A DNA stretch of 64,000 bases. Origin: Kudoa neothunni (Eukaryota; Animalia; Cnidaria). Below the pieces are notes generated by a model that saw only the letters and a list, made by a program, of their open reading frames with translations, had not been told where the DNA came from and made no database searches. Of the stretch, positions 1-13,500 are shown in pieces. Position 1 is the stretch's first letter. Each line of letters starts with the position of its first letter. A program made the translations under genes and the position numbers. The stretch lies in NCBI GenBank assembly GCA_964304625.1, contig OZ199840.1, forward strand, positions 3,361,631 to 3,425,630. Reading direction: 5' to 3'.

Positions 1-2378
1 CTTTTGATCATCTTCTTTGCGCAACTTTAGTAAGTAAATTTGTTAGGACAGAATTTGTTATTTGTTCAATGATGTTGACGTGTATAGTTTTTGTACCATT
101 TTTTGTATCATAATTTCACCAACTTTCTCGATATTTCTGTACTGTTCTTTGCTCCAAAAATGTTCAGCGCTATTTGTTTTTCTTCTATAGCAGGAAATAT
201 GATTTTAGCTGTCAATTTTTCAGTTATGGACGTTCTATCGCCACCAATATCGAGAAAAGCGCTTCCTTTTAGGCTGATACCAGTATTCTATCTCTCATGG
301 TAAATCTTGCAATTGCTGGTAAGATTCGTCCCTTTTGTTAAGAAGCGTTATCGCTGGTATAGATGGATATTTTGATTCACAAAGACTTGAATGATGCACT
401 CGAACGTTTTTGCTTTAATAACATGATTTGTTTCTTATGCAATTCCTAAATGAGTGACTGGCTCTTAAGCAGTCAAAGCACTAGTCATTAATTTCTTTTG
501 TTTGCTGTCGTACGTTTGGTACATTCGCCCGACCAGTGGTCTTCATTATAAAATGTATGTTTTCTTTCGTTATGGATAATCTGAAATTAAAAAAGGAACT
601 TGCTGATTATCAGAGACACTTGAAAATTTGCTACTACATAACTCAGCTGTTTCTTTAGCGTATAATACGATGTTAATCTCCGTCCGCAAGTTATTCAAAG
701 TTAAGTCCTTATTGTAATATTTTGAAATGATGGAAGAATATAATTCTATTGGCAATTTGCTTTAATCAAGGAAAAAAGTGTTGAGAATCTACAATCTCAC
801 CGAATGATTCCAATGATCTGATATTCGTGTCAATCTGATTTATGTTAGCTCTTAACGAATTAATATTGTTTATTCGCAAATAATGTGAGTGTTTGACGTC
901 CACAATGTTTTCATATCTTATCGTAAATAGCTCAATCGCCTTTCGTATTTATTAATTATAACTGGAAGTCCTTCCGTACATTTTGAAGCATCTTCATGTA
1001 AGAGTCCTTTCAAGTACCACAATTTGGATATTGTACTATTCCTTGTATTGAGAGGGAGGTTGGAGTGGAATAAATCTCAAAATTCCATCCATTTATGGAT
1101 GTCTCCATTAAATTTTATTAATCAGATTTTCGGTAATATAACGCCAGAGTAACAATTTTGACTTTCAAAACTACTGTAAATAATTGAATTACCTTGGGAT
1201 ATGAAGGAAGAGTTCATTATTTGTTGATTTTGTTGATTCTTTGTTAACTCGCGCAAGTCGATTTTAAATAATCTGTCATTACAAATTAGTTCCTCCCAAG
1301 TGTTGTTTGTCCAAGATTATATTATCGAATGTTTGAATTATTTGATTAGCATGTTTTCCACATCTTTATAATGATATCGATTTTTCTAGATGTGATGATG
1401 TTTCTTCGATCATGTACACTAGCAATGGGCGCCGAAGAGAATGTCATTTTTAAATTACCGAGCGACAGCGATAGATTGCGTCGCTAACACATTAGATGTT
1501 GTGTTTGTTATTAATACTAATCTGAGGATGGATTAGTAACAGATCATCTCGAGTTGAGCGATTATTATCATTCATTAGCTTTTCATCGTATTCCATCAAA
1601 TTTCTAAGATTTTCGGTTTTTACCGACAGTTTCGTGTTCAGGTAATTCCCCTCTACCACATTCTTCATTAGTTTCTCATCAATTTGACAAATTTGAGTGG
1701 TAGGTGCGATATAGCCATATTTTTCGCTTTGATATTCGCATGGTTCAATGCAGAGAGATGTAGTTATAATAATGATTCGATAATCCATGGGGATTATCTC
1801 GTCGGAAATGTAAATTGAGTTTTCTTTGTTTAGTTCCTCTATTAGTGCAATTTTGAGTTGATTACTAGATTGCTTATACCGTTCTTTACATTCCAACATC
1901 ATTTCATTTGAGGGATTTTGGCGCCACTTCGGTTGATCACCATCCTCATCAACTTCAAAGATGGCTTGACTTTTAGCTGTTCCATATCATCTACAGTCTC
2001 ATCACTCAAGAATAGCAAAGTAACACTGTTGGGTATGTTTCAAAGTACTCATCGATTACTTCCGTGGCTTCTAGAAGGAGATTTTCACGAGATAAAATCT
2101 CGGCAAAAATCTTCATAGAGCGCCTTGAAACAACGAGAGATACTTCCGTACAAAATCAGCAATAGTTTTATCAAAGTAACTCAGTTTAGCACCACATGAT
2201 TTCAATTCTAAATATTTAGAATAACGTACATAAATCATCGGCGAAAGTTCGTGGTCGAAATATCTCAACGTAGAGATGTCACACAAACTCCGCAGTTGAA
2301 GCGTTAGAATGCTCTCATCGTATATTAGACTAGTATAACAACATTTTTTCTTTTTCGCAGCGCAAAAAAGAAAAACGT
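1..2378 (-). mobile_element. Array element C: 5' part of a heavily decayed non-LTR retrotransposon, runs off the left window edge
   Basis: Follows a tRNA-Lys 3' half and the same T5-C-T5/6 leader as A and B. Hand translation gives STLRYFDHEL...YSKYLELKS...ADFVRKYLSLFQ, and ORF 1492-1902 (DYRIIITT, IEPCEYQSEKYGYIA) is homologous to the N-terminus of A/B. Many stops. RT is not within the window. Confidence 0.8.
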
Positions 2379-2413
2379 CGTCCTATATGGGGATCGAACC
2401 CATGACCTCGAGA
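2379..2413 (-). pseudogene. tRNA-Lys 3' half (diverged) at the B/C junction
   Basis: Minus strand TCTCG AGGTC ATGGG TTCGATC CCCAT ATAGGAC G matches the 3' half of the intact tRNA with 3 substitutions; T-arm perfect. Confidence 0.9.
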
Positions 2414-5400
2414 ATATAATATAAAGGGAAAATGGTGGTTAATATCTAATATTATGTTAATGGAATAGGTGGAAATTTGGCAGAAATTGGTTGGTCCTGT
2501 GTGACTTGGTTGATCTAAATATACAATTAACATTTATAAGGTAAAATTACTAGGAAATTGGACGATTCAGCTCCTTTTTCACATTCAACTTTGGGATTGG
2601 TTGGGAGGATGTTTTCTTGGAATTTTTCTCTTTAGACTTTAGTTGCGATGAAGGTGGAGGCACCAGAGTCATCGCTGAGATATCTTTGATAACAATGGGC
2701 TGCATCACGGTTTTCTTTTCAAGAGGTGGATTTCGGAAAATGTCATCAGACTGGGTTAAGAACACTTGAAACGATTGAGGATTTCTTAGGAGAATTGGAG
2801 GTGGGGGGATTTCTATAGTTGGAATGGATTGTTGGATGGTCTGAACTACACTGATGGACTTTGGTGTAGGTATGCGTTTATTAAAGGAGTTCCCCAGAAG
2901 CGTCTTTCTATTTTGGATATAGGCACCATGCTTGACTATTGGATTAGCACTGGTGCAGTACAGGTGGGCTTTCCAATGGTTGAAGAGTCCAGCAAAGCAG
3001 ATCTTGTGATTGCCTTTTTCAAGGTGGGATATCCTCTTTTTATTAAAAATAAAAAGAGCTTTGTAAGCGTCGTTATTTGACTCTAATGAGCCCCCAATGC
3101 GCCGTAAATGAGTGCATGAAGCTGGCAAGAGTAACCTCGATCCATTGTTGCTGTTCCCTTCTGTATTTGATAACCTTATGTCAGAATACCTCTTCGAAAC
3201 GAGAAAGAGAGGACTCAAAAGTTACGGAGACGTCGCAGATGATAACGTTCTTGGTCTGGTCATTGAAAAGGGTTATATCTGGCCGACGATTTGAGGGATC
3301 TGGGGGAATATAATGTCGAGGAATGTAACCCAATTTTTGTTAGGCTTCATCTGTTCAATAATGATCTCAACAATGTGGTTGTCTTGCGGACCTTGCATTT
3401 TCCTCAATCTATAACCACCCAGGATACGTCCCAGGTGTTCCGTTCCCTCATGACAACATCTGCAGTCAGTGCCCGAGCAAAGCTTACGTGTTTGTAACAC
3501 GCACTTTGTAGGGAGCGCGTTCACTCGCACCAGGAGACCAAAGCGATATACATAGGGGGGAAACCGCCTTTGTTGATCCAGGAGTTTGCAATTTTGTTCC
3601 TACAAAACACTCGACGGATCGTCCCTGCGTTCGCTGGGACTTCCACACATCAAGAAACATTGTTTGAACATGCCACGGAATACATCGGAGTCTGGTGGCA
3701 CCTCTGCTTATGGGGTTGGATATGTACTGGCGGATTCAGATAATCGGGGCCAGTGTCAATCTTACTGGGAGACTGATCATCAACCTGCTTGACTTGTAAT
3801 CCAAGAGACTTCGTATTCAAGCGAATGCTAGAGAATATGCTTCTCACGTCTCTGGATTTGATGTATTCATGATCCCGGTTGAAGTATTCTTGTGGGGTGA
3901 GAGACCGTTGTTTCGCTAATCAACGATGGCTGTGATTGCGTCCTCGGATAACTTTGCAACTCGTTCATCCACAGAATGGATGAGATTAAGCGCAGAAGAT
4001 AATCTTAGGGCACAAAATAAAACTTGAGGCACCGAAAACCTAGTCCTCCTATAGCACAGGTGTACAATAGGGACTTTGTAATAGATTCAGGCAGAGCCAG
4101 ACATGGCGTATTGATTCCCGAATCTCAGAATCGACTCATCAAGTCTTCGATGTGGATGATATTATTCTTCATTGAGTATTCGAGGGTAGGTAGCTATTAT
4201 GCTTTAGTGAGTTGATCTTCATAAAATGGAGGAGTCGTGAATTGGAGACTTTATGTAGGTTTTCACTAAACTTTGAGAAACAAGATGGCAAGTCTCTGAA
4301 AGACAGAAGATTCTTATTTGTACCGAGGTACTTATAAAGTCCTCCATCTGCGGAATGGGCACACCTTGGAAAATGTATGATTGGATGGTATCTGTATTGA
4401 CAATGCGTTTTTTCTTCGAAAATGTTACGTTGAGCCCAGCGCTTTTCGAATGATTAACGCGTAAACCAAGATTGTTAACAAACTGCTCGGATTAAAAAAG
4501 GAGGGCACTCATTTGGATATGGTTATGGGACAACAACACAATGTCGTTAGCATAAAGCTAACGCATCAAAAACCTGCCATGGAGTTTATATCCCTGGTTG
4601 GTGGTATCAATTCGACGGAGAAACGGATCAATGACGAGGGTTAAATAACAAAGGAGACAACGGGCAACCCTGTCGCACACCTTTACCATAAGGATAAAGG
4701 CCAGGCCGCCATTCTTGTCGGTAACTTCGTTTAACAACAGTTCGCATACATGTGTTACATGAGATTGGTTATTTGTTTAGGGACATGATTTTTGTTAAGT
4801 TGGTTAACAAGTTCTTGGCGGGGGAACGTATCGAACGCCTTTCTAGGTCTATCCAGACAGCCGATAGAGGGTTCATATTTCGGCGTACATCGTCCCAAAT
4901 TTCTTGGAGAACGGATGCGTGTTCAACGCATCCGTTTCCACCAACAAAACCTGTCTGAGAGGGGCTCAATTCAACAAGACGTGCAAGCTTTTGGTTGTTC
5001 ACACTCATGAACATTCGGGAGATTCTTTGCATGTAGAAATGGGTCTATATGCGGAGGGATCAGACAAGATAGTGTTGGTATCGCGCGAGAATAGAAACCC
5101 AATATATTAAATAAAAGTATAATTAGGATAGAAGAGGTAGTAGTGACCGTATTCGTAAAATAGTAATTATTCCGGTCGTACTAAAGTGAATAACGAGAAC
5201 TACTAATTAATGTTAATGGGAATCAATACGCCCAGCTGATTGGGTATGATAATGTATGTCCTTCCTAATAGTGTCCTTTGGGATCATAACAGATAGGGTC
5301 GTCGGACTTTGGAAGGAGTATAAGACGGCTAACAAGCCAGTCATCAGGGACTACCTCAGAATTGAGGATCTTGTTAGAGAGCTTGGCCAAATATGAATTC

Positions 5401-7481
5401 ATAGAGGGCACTTTCTTCCAGAAGACCATATGAATTCCATCTTTACCGGGTGCTGTATCTTTCTTAGCATGAAATAAAGCAGCACTGACCTCTTCATCAG
5501 CGATATAAAAATCGCTGAATCGGTTTCCAGTCTGATAGAGGGCTTCGGCGGAAAACGGTACCGGTTCTTTCTCGCTTAAATCAACTTGGGAAGGATTCTT
5601 CTCAGGTGATTTTGGAGAATTATTTGGCTCAATGTTAGGATCAGGATCGGAAAAGGACAAAAGAAGGAATTTTGTAACGCGGGATAGATGGTGAAAGAGG
5701 CTCACGAAATATGCGATCCTCAGAAGCAGCCTTTTCAGATGCTTCCTCGTTGTATTCAACTTGTTCATGAGCAGGGCAGAGGGATGTGACGGATCACTAT
5801 GGTCCAACGCTGGAATTCTAATTGGTGATTTTTCATCGGCATTAGGGCCACAGAGAATAGTCTGTACATCTCTCGAGGTGATAAAGGAAAGAGAATCGAT
5901 TATCTCGTCCGCAGTTGCTTCGCACCACTTTGGCTTGGCCTTAGTGATTTCACGGAAGCAACGCCTCTGGTTACATCGATAACTGACAGGCAGGCGTTTT
6001 ACCTCATCTTTAGATTTGGAAGTCGGGTCTTTTTCTTTTTCACTATTGCCTTTAGAGTCTTCTTTAATGGATTCCGGAATGGCAGATTTTTCAGGCGGAT
6101 CTTGGGTTGGAGTTGGAGTCGGAGTACATGGTTGTGGAATATTCTTTGAGGCTTCGTCAACAACAGATTTAACGGGCTCCGGAACTTTCGGATGGTACAC
6201 AATCTTCAATTCCATCACACCGCTACATGCCGTTGTTATGAAGTACATGTATAAATCGTTGATTGGGGGGTTGATGTGAGTCGTTAAGATAGCATGCAAC
6301 TCATTAGAAACTTGTTCCAATGTTTCAGCATGATTCTTTCGAAACTCGGCTGCTCTCTTCTGGAATCTATCATGACGCTCACGGGTCTCTTCTTCCTGCA
6401 AAACTTCTTTGGAATCGAAGACGTTTCGTTGGCTTTGGCGGCCTCACGTTTTGGCTTTTAAATAAGGAGGGGCTGGAACAACGATAGGACGAAAATCGGA
6501 ATATTCAGTATCTTTTTCCAATGCATTGAGATCTAACGGCTCCTCTAGATATGATGGTTCAATGGGATCAGCAGTATCGTATGTTTTGGAGGATTTTTTA
6601 CGACAATCACGCAAATAATTATCGAAAGAAGCGAGAGAATGTTGTCTATTACTGGGTTTTAAAATAGATTGGGCAAAAATTGATTCATTTGGTGTGAACA
6701 GCAATGATGGCGATAGTTCATCAGATTGAATAGTGGATTGAGTTATCCCGCCAATATGGACAGAGGATAATGGTAATGTTGAATTTTTGTCTAATTTCTT
6801 ATCGTTTTCACAAATATGAGATGTAAGGGCGATATATCTGTATTTTCCGCTTTGATATTCAAAAGGTTCAATGTAGAAAGCTGTCGTTATCATAACTCTG
6901 TAATCTTTAGGGATTAACTCTTCTGGGACCAATTTCTCATCCAAATGTTCAATTATGGCATCTTTTAGCTCAGCAATTGACTTATTGTAACGTGCTTTAC
7001 GATCCAATACCATTTTCTTCAATTTTAGACCACTTCGGTTCATCACCATCCACATCAACTGCAAAGATGGTCTAATTTTTGTCTTGTTCAACTTCAATCG
7101 AATCGCCAACAGAGCATGGAGTAGTCAAAGTAGGTGGGTTTCTATCGTAGTACTCAGAAATAAATTCGTTGAGGTTTTTGTGGGAATCATCAGCTGATAT
7201 CATATCAGTAAAGAGTGGAAAAGTAATCTGAAACAACGATAGGTGCTTCCTCACGAAATCAGCGACACATTTAGCAATCCTAAGCAGCTTAATATTGTAG
7301 GATTTTAATTCCAAATATTCAGAATATAGATGCAAAATGAGTCGGCCAAGATCGTGGTCAAAATTTTCTAGCGTAGAGAGCTCGCAGTTCAATTTTAAAC
7401 ATACCGTTAAGATCAGTGGGTCATATGCTTTTAAAATATGTGTGAAATTTTTTCTCATCGCTGCGCGAAAAAGAAAAACGT
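2414..7481 (-). mobile_element. Array element B: decayed RLE non-LTR retrotransposon (possibly a composite of two elements)
   Basis: N-terminal domain as in A; -1 domain (RLPVSYRCNQRRCFREI); domain 0 (TAPGKDGI); RT motifs QTGF..GCVEH, AVWIDL, GVRQGCPLSPLLFN; degenerate CCHC (CRCCHEGTEHLGRILGGY); RLE RPDI..DVSVTFE..KVIKY..IYGALG. Bounded by tRNA halves. Confidence 0.9.
2550..3530 (-). pseudogene. Zinc knuckle + RLE endonuclease + Pro/Lys-rich tail of element B (frameshifted)
   Basis: ORFs 3273-3530 and 2550-3218 plus hand translation around 3090-3290 (NRRPDITLFNDQTKNVIICDVSVTFES; HALIYGALGA). Confidence 0.85.
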
Positions 7482-7520
7482 TGCCCGATATGGGGATCGA
7501 ACCCATGACCCCGAGATTAA
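6829..7520. repeat. ~692-bp direct repeat, copy 1 (other copy 13616-14308)
   Basis: By eye 3 substitutions and 2 small indels versus 13616-14308; near-identity stops abruptly at both ends. Confidence 0.95.
7482..7520 (-). pseudogene. tRNA-Lys 3' half (39 nt from anticodon-loop TTAA to discriminator) at the A/B junction
   Basis: TTAA TCTCG GGGTC ATGGG TTCGATC CCCAT ATCGGGC A is identical to 14270-14308 except the discriminator base; the 5' half is replaced by the element A 3' UTR. Confidence 0.95.
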
Positions 7521-10500
7521 TACAATATATAGGTCATAGACCGAAGAAAAACGAGTTTTTATCTATAATAATAACTAAATAATGTTTGTGGAAAGTTTAG
7601 GTGGATTTGGGTGGATATTGATAGAGGTGGGTAGAGATGGGTTGAAATCATCATTTGAGGGGGTTATCGTCAAATAGGGGCTTATCATCAAAAGAAAAGA
7701 TTAATGGGGAACCACCGCATGCTGTACATGGTTATTCCAGACTAATCTGGAATTGTCCAGCACAGAATGGGTGATATCCTTCATTAACCTTCTCTGTTCC
7801 TTCTTTGCAGTGAGGAATAGGAAGCGACTCATCGTTGACGGGGTGTTAGGATGGTGAGAGCCAAGCGCGCCAAAGACAAGGGCAGATCGTAGCATACCAA
7901 ATCCTCTTTCTTCCAAAAGTCGACATTCCTCAGCATATTTCTCCGATTTGTATCCCAAAACCTGATCCAAGCGAGCCATACCATTCTCATAACTGATGGC
8001 AACTTCTATTACTTTGGCCAGGTTTTGCTTTGTATTCAATAGGGACAATATCGGGTTTTTTGTTTCGGTTGATTGTGGGGAAGTGTTGATTGATTCGAAG
8101 CTCCCAGTACTCATTCTTTTTAAGTTTGAGCTTCTTTTCAATGGATGTAGCAATTAGTTTGACCACATCGTCATGGCGTTTTGTTCTTAATAGTTCACAC
8201 CCTTCCGACAACCACCTAAAACATGACCTAAAGTTTCCACTTCACAGGTGCAGTGTCGACATTTGGTATCAGCAGCCAATTTGGTGCGGAAGAGGACAGA
8301 CTTTGTGGAAAGGAGATTGAGACGTCCCATAATTCCGAAGCGATGAGTGTTTGTTCTCATGTTACAAGTCTTTATCCACTTGTTGCAAAGCGGACTCCAG
8401 CTGAAACAATCAACCAAACGACCTTGATCTACTTGATTCCTCCATTTTTGATAAAATGTTTCTTGGATGTGCCAACGCAAGAGCTTTGTACGGGTAGATG
8501 TTAGTCTTGCTCGGGTAGTCTCCAAGATGTGTGAGGGTTTGAGTAGAGAGGTGAGATCTAAATCAATGGATGGGAAAACATTTGAATTACTCGGGTTGAG
8601 GTCTTTAAGATGCGCACCAAGAATCTTCCTATGAAGACGCAAGGAGGACATCAGTGAACGGATGTCATGGTGTTTGAAATGTTCAAATTCAGAATTTAAG
8701 TAATCCAATGTTGAAAGTTGATTTTTGGTTCGAAGTTGGATTGTTTCACTTAATGATTCTCTAGCAACTTGGCGCATTGTATCATCAACAGAATGGAGGA
8801 GATTTAAACCAGCAACCAAACGCAGAGCAGCGTAATCCAACCGAAGGTTACGAATTCCAAGTCCACCAAGTGTAGAAACTGTGTGAAGGAAACTGGGTGG
8901 AAGCTGAGTTGGGTAGTTGTAACCACTTTCGTACAGTGTTTGCTATGTGACGATCGAGGTAAGTTAGTTGTTCAGCTCGTAAACAATGTGATTTGGTGAA
9001 AAATTCAAGGGTTGGCTGAAGATATTGTTTGTAAAGTTCAATTTTCATAAATGGCAGCAAGGGAGATTCACTCAAGCGGTTAAGTTTTATCTTAAATTCA
9101 TCAAAAGGAGGTGGTAAATCTTTGAATGTTTCAAGGTTGGAATTTGTTCCCAGGTATTTGTAAAATTTGTTGAGATTGGGAATAGTTTGATAATTCAGTT
9201 TGATAGGAAATTGGGATGAATGATTGATAAAACGCTTCTTATTCTTGTGAGTGACAACTAATCTAGCACATATGTCAATATTGAATTGGATGTTGAGTGG
9301 TTGGAATAAACTCTCACATTTTCTGAGAATGGAGGTCATTTTACATTGATTATTAGTTATTAAAACAATATCATCAGCAAAAGCTTGTACATTTACTTCA
9401 GAACCACGAAGACTATAGCCTGGACATTCGTCAATAATTTGATCTAATAGTCTATCGATTGACATGTTGAAAATTAAGGGTGAGATTGGACAACCTTGTC
9501 TCACACCTACACCATTCATTGGAGCTTTGAGAGAATTACCACAGCTATCAGAGACAACATTGTAGCTTTTCTCATAGAGATTGGAAATAAAATTTTGTAA
9601 ATTTTCAGGAAAACCAAACTCCGGCAACACTTTCTTTATATGGTCATGCGGAATACTGTCAAAAGCTTTCTGAATATCCAGCCAAACGATACAACAGTCT
9701 CGTCGCTTCCTTTTAACAGAATCCACAATTTCCTGGAGGGTAAAAGTGTGCTCGGTACATCCATCACATGCTGCGAATCCTTTTTGTGCTTTGGAGAGTT
9801 CAATAAGCGGTCTAATCTTGCCATGAATGGTAGACATAAACAAACGGTAAATTGTTTGTGTGATGCTTATTGGACGATATTCTTTTGGGTTATTTGTATT
9901 AGGATTGTTGGATTTTGGGATGAGGACGAAATAATTTTGTTGAAAATGACATTCAAAAAGTATACAGCATGAGGAAGTGATTTCCAGAATTTGATATTGA
10001 TACCATCGGTACCAGCAGATGTATCAGTCCTCGCTTTGTCCAATGCAACAAGAATTTCTTCTTGGTTGACCCCAAACACTTCACTATCATTGTCATCTCT
10101 TCCCTCATAGTATGGATAGCCTTTATTGTCTGTTTTAAAAATGGGACTAGATTGTCCATCAGAATTTTGATTGATTGATTGTTGAGAATTAGTATCATTT
10201 TGCGAAATTATGTTTGGATTTAATTTGGATTTTGGTTGAATTGTAGGTTGGTTATCATTGATTACAATAGTTTTTGTGTTGGATGAGGATGGAGCAGAAG
10301 ACTTGTGGAATAGGTCACTAATAATGTTGGTAGCCGTCGATGTACACCACTTCGGAGCAGGTTCAGCCACTTCTCTAAAACATCTCTTTGGATTTGTGCG
10401 GTAGAGTCCTCTCAAACGTTTTATTTGATCTGGAGAGAGTGAAGTTTGAGAATTCTCTACGTTTACGTTGGAATTTGATTTATCAGCAGCTTGTGAATTT

Positions 10501-13500
10501 TGTAAATTACAATCTGATGATTTTTGACTTGAATTTTGATTTTTCATATGTTTAGATGATTTAGGTGGCTCTTTTGGCTTGAATAATGGTACATAGTAAT
10601 AGCCCAACTGTTTTGGCATGCTTTTTAGATATATCAATGAATTTTTTGTATAATGTTTTAATGTCCAACTGATTATTTTGGTTAACAAGTTGTGTGAGTT
10701 CGTCCGATGCAAGCTTAAGCTTGTCTGCTCGTTCTTCTTTACGTTTACGTTGTTTTTCAGCATACGTAAGGTTTCCTTCATTATTATCAGCAGAATGCTT
10801 CTGTGAATTAACATAATTTTGATTTAGGTTCGTTGGAATAGTTGGAATATTAGACTGGGATTTAATTGGAGGTTTATTGATTAATTTGGTTGGAACTGTT
10901 GTTTTTGGATTATTTTAGGTTTCAACATGGGAATATTGCTTGTTTAATATTTGATACAACCGAAGTGCCTATTGATTTGATATTTATATTGATATGTTTA
11001 GGATTTTTGTTAATTTTGTCAGCTAGGGTTTGCAATTCAAGGTCAGGACTTACCACCTTTGGAAAGTGCTTTTTAGATGGCGCTGGTTGTTGCGATGATT
11101 GCGATGTTGGATTTGAGATTGAAATTGGTTTTGATTGGATATGCGCCTCACCACTACTTTTAATTATGATTGGATTAATTGGAATATTTGTAGATTTTTT
11201 AGGTTGATTAGAATTAATAGTTGGCGGCTTATTTGTGTTTTTATTGCGTGGTTTGTTAGTATTAGATTGATTCTTCGAGATAGAAATAAGTCGATTAACT
11301 TCCTGAGAAATTGTAGTAGTTTTATTTGATTTGGAATTATTCGGTGTTTGGAAATCTTCAATAATCAGCGAGTTATCCTCCATAGCCGAGTAGTAGAGGG
11401 TGTCCTCTTGATTATTGTGAGCATTGTATGTTGGAGTTTTTTCAGGAGGTTCATAATATATTATTCCAAATGATGAGTTTGATATATTTTCTTGCGAATC
11501 AGGTTCTTGCTCAATTAGTTCTTGTTTGATGTATAAGCAATCACCTCCAGATTGTGGCGGTGGTTTAACATCCGTAATTATCACATCATCGTCAATCTCT
11601 TGATTGGTATTAGAATTGTTAATAGGATCTTCCAAAATAGCCATATTCAAATTGTCCGATTGGTCCATAAGTGCTTTAAGATCATTCCGGTAAATTTGGT
11701 GCTCCATATCCAGTGCAAGCATTTTTTGCGATTTCCACAATACAGCGTCATTCGACGCAAATGTTACTTCTTGAATATTGATTTCTTCCGGATCAGGGGG
11801 TGCAATTTCATTGTTGTTATTTGAATTATTTTCCCTCACTATTTGTTCCAACTCTAGGCGATCTCTTTCGAAATCCGCCCACCATCTAGCCTCCTTTGCG
11901 TTTTGTAAGCGGAAATTCGTATTGTTGATATTTACGTTGTTAAATTTAATCAACTCATTTTGATTATTAATGTTAATATTGATATTGATATTGTTAACAT
12001 TATTAATATTGTTGACATTGTTGGATTGCAAATTATATTGAATAGTTGTCGGAGAGTTAGAATTTATGGATGCGCATGGTGTAGAGTTGAAATGTGAAAA
12101 TTGGATATTGTTAGAATTAGAATTGGTGCATGTCGGTGTTACGTCTTTTTTATATTTTTCTAATGCACCAATAGGTCTCAGATTAGTTCTATTAGTACCA
12201 ACATCAGCAGCAGAATTATGGTTGTTATTATCACTAATATTTCCAACTAATGTCGGTTTATTATTATCAATTAATCGTTGATGTCGTTGTTGATTTTGTG
12301 GATTAACAACCTTTGGAATGTTCAATTGGTTATGATCAACGATGGCGTTCGAATTAGTCGTACGACTACTTAAAATATTCGTCGCATATCGTCGTAGGTT
12401 GTTGAAAAAAGAAATATCATTATTTTGTTGGTTTTCAGAGTTGTTATTAACATTATTATTATTATTATTAATGTTAGGTTGAATTGTTGATAATGTTTCA
12501 ACGACTGAATTATCCATAAGCAAATTGTCGTTGGGAACAAATTGCAAAGTAAACTCATTAGCATCAATAAAAGTGGATTTTCCAGTATTTAAATTCGTTG
12601 TTACATCAACATTTGGGTCGTTGTAGTAAAAGATTGCAATATTCTTATCAGCTGCGACGGAAGTGTTACATCACTGTCAGTTGAATTTTCATATTTAACA
12701 ATAATATTATCATTTGCGGCGTTAGATTGGACATTTGAATTATTTGAATCATTTTCATCATCAATTTGAATAGTTTCATCAACATTTGGCGCATTATTTG
12801 AAGAATCATAACAATATTGAGAATTAATCTTATCAGTTGCAACAATGGTAACATCATTCGGAATTTCATTTGAAATTTCATTTAAAGTAGAATCATCATC
12901 ATTTATAACTGTAACATTGCCAAAATTACCATCAAAAGTATCAACCTGATTAGTATTAATGACATTAGTATCATCAATATTGATGTCATTATTTGATAAA
13001 GTAACATTGCCATTATAAACTAGCGATTTTTCCATACAAAAAGTCAGCTCATTTACATCATTAAACGCACTATTTAGCAATCCGCTGCTAGATGAATTAC
13101 CTGAATAGTAGCGGTAATCTGGCGATTGTTGTTCGGGGATTTCACTATCAATATCAAGTAGTAAATTTTGTTCAGTCAAATTCAAGTGTTCATAAAGAAT
13201 ATCTTCAATAGAGGTTGAATCCATGGGTTCGATGTTAACATTTTCATCTTCAATTGGTAAAGATAAGTCGTTATCTCTAATCACCTCTGTATTGTTCAAA
13301 ATATATTGGGAATTTTCGCATGTACGAGCATTCAAAGAATATGAAAAGTTTGGTTGGTCATCATGTTCATCCATAACATTTTCCGGTGATTCTATTACAT
13401 TGTTTGTTGCTTGATCATCATTATTACACACTTTAGAGATAGAAGGAGGATCAGCGGTAACATCATAAAGCGGCGGTGACGGAGATGGAATAGAATGAAC

